Source of the DNA: a virus
Lineage: Duplodnaviria > Heunggongvirae > Uroviricota > Caudoviricetes
DNA: 11,413 nt
Virus record (IMG/VR): IMGVR_UViG_2568526681_000003
Direction: 5' to 3' (one strand)
Shown here: one piece after another, positions 6,996 through 11,413 of the stretch
Numbering within the stretch: position 1 is the first letter of the stretch
Layout: every line of letters starts with the position of its first letter
Notes under the pieces: generated by a model
Told to the model about the DNA's origin: nothing
The model's database searches: none
Seen by the model: the letters and a program-made list of their open reading frames with translations, nothing else
Translations under genes and position numbers: made by a program

Positions 6996-7674
6996 ACCGT
7001 GACGGCGTGCCATAGCTGGCAGTAGCACAGCAGGCAGTAAGACCGATGACCAACGGCTAAGACCTGAAAGGAAACGAACAAGGAAGATGATTGAATGCTA
7101 CAGAAATGAATTGAAGATGTTATGAAGAATACCGTACCGATATCAGGATAAGATTGAATACAGAAGTAATACCGATACAGAGTACCGTCCCACTACACAA
7201 CCCCGCCGCGTTGACCGCCCGGCAAGCACGGTTGCGTGGAGGGCCGAGCATCAGCAGCGGACGCAGGCCGATGAATGAGCCGAAGGCGAATGAAAGCGGA
7301 CTAGCGGACGCGAGAAGCGTAGCCAGTGGTGAGCGTGAAGCGATACACTGATTAGGAGATGGGGATGTAGGGGAAGAACCCTTTTTTGTACATGCATATA
7401 AAATGCAGCTTTAAAGCAAGCCAAGCAGCACCAGCCCGCGTCTCGTCTGGCTTTGTAGATGGACAACACAGCCTTTGATCCCTTCCCCTGCCCCATCCCT
7501 CGAATTGTTCAGTGATAAATCACATTCACAATCTGATCTTGATGCTCATCGTCTGGCACGGCTAAAGCCCCGCCACCTCTTCACATCAAGAGCCGCAAGT
7601 GATACGAAATACATTATAAATCATAGCATTAAGACATCACGCATAACATAACCCTCTGAAATAAATACAAAAGC

Positions 7675-7742
7675 TGTAGGTCATCCATCACCCACAGCCC
7701 AGTAACGGCCAGTCGTAGCACCTCGTTCGCTTGTAGGTCATC
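7675..7742. repeat. 11-bp exact direct repeat TGTAGGTCATC (7675-7685 and 7732-7742), second copy overlapping the recombinase stop codon
   Basis: Direct reading; both copies are followed by similar (C)ATC(A)CC extensions. Confidence 0.6.
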
Positions 7743-8316
7743 ATCCCTCGCCCTTGTTCCAGTGGCGTTTAACGGTGCTCACGCTAACGCCGAGACGCTT
7801 CGCTACCTTCGATTGAGACAGCCCCTCACTCCGCAGCTCCTGCACCTTTTGAGTGGTGTCGGTGGCTTCCTTGCGTCCCAGCTTAACGCCATTGGCTTTC
7901 GCCTTCTCCAGCCCGTCCAGCGTCCTCTCACGGATACGGTTTCGCTCGAACTCAGCAAAAGCTCCAAACATCTGGCGGATTAGCTTGCCCTCAGATGAAG
8001 TCAGATCACGCGCTGGCAGGTCAAGCGACACCACCTTCACGCCGCGTTCTAGCAGCATGTCGATGGTCTGCTGTACGTCGATGTTGTCACGCCCCAGCCT
8101 GTCCAGTTTCAGCACGACAAGCTGATCTCCCGCTTCCAGCTTGTGCTCAACCATCGCCCGAAACTTAGGGCGCTGCATAGCCTGAACACTACCGGAAATG
8201 TCCTCGCTGATTACCCGGCTTTCAGGCACCTTGTACCCGGCACGCTCAATAGCCAGCACCTGATTCTGCGTATCCTGCTCGCGTGTTGAAACGCGGCAGT
8301 AGATAAAAGTCCTCAT
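7741..8316 (-). CDS. Small serine recombinase (resolvase/invertase family) with C-terminal HTH
   Basis: 191-aa ORF, ATG with GAGGTG SD. N-terminus MRTFIYCRVSTREQ carries the catalytic Ser motif; VVLKLDRLGRD and a C-terminal HTH (LSQSKVAKRLGVSVSTVKRH) match the gamma-delta resolvase / Hin layout as recalled. Confidence 0.9.
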   Translation of the reverse strand: MRTFIYCRVSTREQDTQNQVLAIERAGYKVPESRVISEDISGSVQAMQRPKFRAMVEHKLEAGDQLVVLKLDRLGRDNIDVQQTIDMLLERGVKVVSLDLPARDLTSSEGKLIRQMFGAFAEFERNRIRERTLDGLEKAKANGVKLGRKEATDTTQKVQELRSEGLSQSKVAKRLGVSVSTVKRHWNKGEG

Positions 8317-8874
8317 GGTTCACCTCACCCGTCTGGTATCACAAAACGGTAGCATCATTTCATTGGTGGTATCATTAAGTCAAACCCTAAATTAATGACA
8401 CCAGATAGTAATCACTCAGACAGGTAGCAAGAATCGAACGATTGATGACACTAAAGCCAAAACAATAACGACAGCCAAGAGAAGCGCCAAGCATCAACGC
8501 AAAGTGCTTTAACAGTGGAGATTCAGGAGTGATTTAGCGTTTCAAGAGAAGAATAACCCTAACCCACAGCCTCACGGTCAGAACATGAAACAGGGTCATA
8601 AACGCCACAGAGGAAGGCAAATCGATATACAGCCCGCCCAGCCTTCGGCTGGGAGAGGCGCACGGGGGAAGTTGAAGCCTTAACCGTCGAGGGAGGGGCA
8701 ACCATAAACGTGCAATTTTTCAAGCCGGGGATTCAGTTATAGGCTAACGGTAGAATGCGGCTTGATACGGGGAGTGTTCACGCATCTGGTACAAATACCT
8801 AACTTCGTGAGCAACTGCCCCATATAGGCCACATCTGGCAAGTTTTGAGGTTATATAATTTACCATTCACGCTT

Positions 8875-9873
8875 TTACTTAATTGCAATCGGCGCGGATG
8901 GGATTGCTGTCAAAGAAAGAACCCGCATTTTGAAGTCTTCATACTGTTCCCCCTCACGCAATGAAAGTTCAGTTAAAGAATAGAAACGGTCGGTTGATGG
9001 CGATTCACTACGAGCTTTTGCCATATCCAACCGAGAAACATTAATCACAGTCCAGCACTCTGTATAACCCCTAGCTCGGGCTTTTTGGTGGCTCTTTTCA
9101 GCTTCGCCAATACGGTTATGGATATTTGAAACATCTGTCCCGCTTTTGACTTCAATAGCTACGACATTGCGGTAATTCTGATGAGCCATTTCTTCCCGAA
9201 TGATTATGTCTGGGTCCGCTGCAAACTCTATGAGAACCGGGCGACCTGTTGCACTGTTCACTTCAATAGCACTTTCTCGAACCTCTGCGGTAGCGTGCGC
9301 AACAATTTCTCGAATAATCTCAAACACTAACACAATTCCATTTGTGCCTCGTTGATTGTTAGCCCCGCCTCTTAATTGCGGCCCCACAGTGAGCAGAGTC
9401 AGGTCATCCAACAATTCACGGCTTACGCGTAACGGCCCAACTCCAGATAAAAGGGCAGAAGCAGCCCCGCAAAAAGCGGCGCATAATTCAGGTATTTTGG
9501 GTTTTGCCAGTTTACCAATAACACCCTTCACTTCCATTGATTTGAAACTACCAACACCAAACCCTTTATCTCTGCCATAAAACTCTTTCTGACTATATCC
9601 CATTAGCAAACGATAATAGCCCAATAGATAAGGGTTTTCTTCTAACACTGCGGGAACAGGGAATAAAAGTTCGGCCCGTAACCCGTATGTGGCTAAGGTT
9701 GCCAGATCCGCCTTGGGAACATATTCACCGAGTTGCGCATCAAGGGCGACAATATCCATATTACGCACGGTTTCTAACAACGCATTTTGAAGATAAACAC
9801 CGCGAAATCTTTTTAAAGCTAAAGCAAAATCGACCTGCTGTTTCGGTTCTGGGAAAGTGATTTTTACAGTCAT
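8875..9873 (-). CDS. Putative Type II restriction endonuclease (PD-ExK nuclease) cognate to the upstream methyltransferase
   Basis: 332-aa ORF whose ATG (9873-9871) overlaps the methyltransferase TGA (9872-9870). Candidate catalytic motif ADPD...(18 aa)...IEVK. Lower GC than the phage-like module. No family assignment possible without a search. Confidence 0.6.
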   Translation of the reverse strand: MTVKITFPEPKQQVDFALALKRFRGVYLQNALLETVRNMDIVALDAQLGEYVPKADLATLATYGLRAELLFPVPAVLEENPYLLGYYRLLMGYSQKEFYGRDKGFGVGSFKSMEVKGVIGKLAKPKIPELCAAFCGAASALLSGVGPLRVSRELLDDLTLLTVGPQLRGGANNQRGTNGIVLVFEIIREIVAHATAEVRESAIEVNSATGRPVLIEFAADPDIIIREEMAHQNYRNVVAIEVKSGTDVSNIHNRIGEAEKSHQKARARGYTECWTVINVSRLDMAKARSESPSTDRFYSLTELSLREGEQYEDFKMRVLSLTAIPSAPIAIK

Positions 9874-10772
9874 GCTGCCGCTATCCTTATCACATTAGTT
9901 TTATCACCCTGCAACCGATTAACCGCAATCTCAACATACTCAGGGTTTAACTCAATACCAACATATTGTCGATCTTCATCTTGGCAGACTACCCCCACGG
10001 TACCCGAGCCAAAGAAAGGGTCTAACACAAAATCACCCGGCTCAGTTGAAGCAAGGATACATGGCCGAATTAAATCAGGTGGGAATGTTGCAAAGTGCGC
10101 CCCTGAAAAGGGTTTCGTATTAACATTCCAAACAGTGCGACGGTTTCTTAGCCCACCATTGTCTCTTGGTTCTCTCACAGCCTGCCAATCATAAAAATAT
10201 TTCTCAGATTTTGTCAGCATGAATAAGAACTCATGGGAGCGAGTGGGACGGTCCTTAACGCTTTCAGGCATAGCATTTGGCTTGTTCCATACAATATCAC
10301 TCCGTAAATACCAACCATCGTTTTGTAGTGCAAAAGCAAGCCGCCAAGGGATACCAATAAGATCCTTCGGTTTCAATCCTTCTGGCGTATCTGGCCGAAC
10401 AGTCATAGCACGAGCTGGGTTCTTTTTATCTGGTGCTCTGTAACCGCGATTACCGCTTGTGTAACCATCCCCGATGTTAAGCCAAAGGGTGCCATCATCA
10501 CTTAAAACTCGTTTTACTTCGGCGAAAATGGTCACAAGGCGATTAATGAACTGGTGCATACTACTTTCTAAGCCAATCTGTTCATCAATCCCATAGTCAC
10601 GCAATCCCCAATAAGGTGGAGAAGTAACAACACAACGGACCGAACCACTAGGAAGCCTTCGCAATACTGTTAAAGCATCCCCCTCAAAAAGGGTAGGACC
10701 GTCCAACTCCAAAGGTTCGGCGCGATGAAGCCTCTCAACAGTTGGTGGTAAGCTACTCTTTTTCTGCGGCAT
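9870..10772 (-). CDS. Beta-class amino-DNA methyltransferase (N4-cytosine or N6-adenine; SPPY motif favours N4-cytosine)
   Basis: Motif IV VTSPPYW near the N-terminus and motif I DPFFGSGT near the C-terminus give the beta-class order. I place the start at ATG 10772 (AAGAGGA SD 6 nt upstream) rather than the track start at 10802, which is a TTG; this gives 300 aa. Confidence 0.88.
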   Translation of the reverse strand: MPQKKSSLPPTVERLHRAEPLELDGPTLFEGDALTVLRRLPSGSVRCVVTSPPYWGLRDYGIDEQIGLESSMHQFINRLVTIFAEVKRVLSDDGTLWLNIGDGYTSGNRGYRAPDKKNPARAMTVRPDTPEGLKPKDLIGIPWRLAFALQNDGWYLRSDIVWNKPNAMPESVKDRPTRSHEFLFMLTKSEKYFYDWQAVREPRDNGGLRNRRTVWNVNTKPFSGAHFATFPPDLIRPCILASTEPGDFVLDPFFGSGTVGVVCQDEDRQYVGIELNPEYVEIAVNRLQGDKTNVIRIAAA

Positions 10773-11250
10773 AACAATTCCTCTTACACATGATTCTAAC
10801 AAGCATTATGCCCGTAATCGCCGATACAATGTTGGCCGGTAGTGTAAACCGCGATGGGTGAGCCAACAACACACCCATAGAAAGTTTTCATTACCCAACA
10901 ACAGGTACAGCGGAGATATAAATTCAACCAATAGCTAGCCATAAGCGCCGTGTTGGGTATCCAAACAAACTGCGCCGTAGGCGTATCATCAGAAATGTCA
11001 CTCATTCGCTCTCTTATCGAGTACCGTTCGTTTATGGCACGGCGAACACCACGGTAGAGCCTGCCGCTTTCCCGGACAGGTTAGGCTTCCCAACATTTGC
11101 TCGTTTATCCACTGCGTGTCATCACGACAGGCGATTGTGGGACACCGCGCTAAGTGCGGAACAAATGAGTGTGATGGGATTGTTTAGAGACGGTGGCTAC
11201 GTCATAGCTTTCAAGTTGAGTCAGTACGTGTTTGACGCTTGGAACTACAC

Positions 11251-11301
11251 GCCGCTATGAGTTAACATCCCAATTACCACTATCAACCATAGCGGCTTTT
11301 T
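11251..11301 (+). terminator. Possible intrinsic terminator: 9-bp stem GCCGCTATG/CATAGCGGC with long loop, followed by TTTTT
   Basis: Direct reading; the 28-nt loop is long for a canonical terminator, so this is weak. Confidence 0.25.
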
Positions 11302-11386
11302 CAAGGGACATAACAGAGCATTTCTTACAGGCAAAAGAGACAGATTTAATCGTCTAAATAACTGTATTGTAAGGAATTTAGTGACT

Positions 11387-11413
11387 TGGTGCCGAAGGCC
11401 GGACTCGAACCGG
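11387..11413 (-). tRNA. leuX: 3' end of a tRNA-Leu gene (T-arm, acceptor 3' strand, CCA); remainder lies beyond the window
   Basis: Reverse complement of 11387-11413 is CCGGTTCGAGTCCGGCCTTCGGCACCA: T-stem CCGG/CCGG, T-loop TTCGAGT, acceptor strand and CCA. Matches my recollection of the E. coli leuX 3' end; the leuX identity is less certain than the tRNA call. Confidence 0.75.

Noticed and set aside
6793-7081. Three overlapping minus-strand ORFs (86, 65 and 69 aa) open in all three frames
   Set aside because: The plus strand here is T-depleted, so the minus strand lacks the A needed for stop codons. The predicted proteins are Cys/Ser/Leu-rich low-complexity strings with no SD signals. These are composition artefacts.
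7154-7351. 65-aa plus-strand ORF in the purine-rich region
   Set aside because: It starts at TTG, not ATG, and is a low-complexity R/A/S/G-rich product with no motifs. More likely part of a non-coding region; I kept only the possibility of a plus-strand transcript as a finding.
7369-7387. Hairpin AGGGG-aagaa-CCC(T)T followed by a T-run as a strong terminator
   Set aside because: The stem is only about 5 bp including a G-U pair. Too weak to annotate as a feature; kept as a hint within the purine-rich region finding.
7741-8316. Serine recombinase as the integrase responsible for insertion at the tRNA
   Set aside because: At 191 aa it is in the resolvase/invertase class, not a large serine integrase, and it sits about 3 kb from the tRNA junction with the R-M system in between.
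8637-8653. GC-rich hairpin CCCAGCC-ttc-GGCTGGG as an intrinsic terminator
   Set aside because: No T-run follows on either strand, so it is not a canonical terminator. It is mentioned only as context in the recombinase finding.
6480-8874. CRISPR array or Type III toxin-antitoxin RNA repeats in the non-coding regions
   Set aside because: The repeats are short (5-11 bp) and irregularly spaced, not 25-40 bp units with uniform spacers, and there is no adjacent cas gene or endoribonuclease toxin ORF.
10796-11005. 69-aa minus-strand ORF just upstream of the methyltransferase, considered as a controller protein
   Set aside because: It has no helix-turn-helix, its W/C/Y-rich composition is odd, and it only abuts the methyltransferase if the unlikely TTG start at 10802 is used. 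Probably non-coding spacer.

Overview
This window looks like accessory, mobile-element-derived DNA next to the 3' end of a tRNA-Leu gene at the right edge; every gene I can support is on the minus strand. From the sequence I can only assign families by motif, not run searches. Read along the minus strand from right to left: (1) the last 27 nt of a tRNA (T-arm, acceptor 3' strand, CCA), matching E. coli leuX as I recall it; (2) about 580 bp of non-coding spacer; (3) a lower-GC Type II restriction-modification pair, a beta-class SPPY methyltransferase and a 332-aa PD-ExK nuclease joined by an ATGA overlap; (4) an orphan small serine recombinase flanked by long non-coding stretches; (5) a roughly 1.2 kb non-coding region with an AT-rich part and a T-depleted purine-rich part containing GACAG pentamer clusters; (6) a tightly packed phage-like or satellite-like operon: RecQ-like helicase with an unknown 280-aa N-terminal domain, six small proteins chained by overlapping stop/start codons (including a 58-aa ORF missing from the track), a disordered scaffold-like protein, a T7 gp10-like major capsid protein, and an HNH-AP2 endonuclease running off the left edge. 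No tyrosine integrase, portal, terminase, CRISPR array or rRNA is visible. The most interesting unresolved items are the capsid-plus-scaffold module sitting directly behind a replication helicase with no portal or terminase in 6.5 kb, the iteron-like purine-rich region, and the recombinase context. Nothing here can be called a new defence system from sequence alone.
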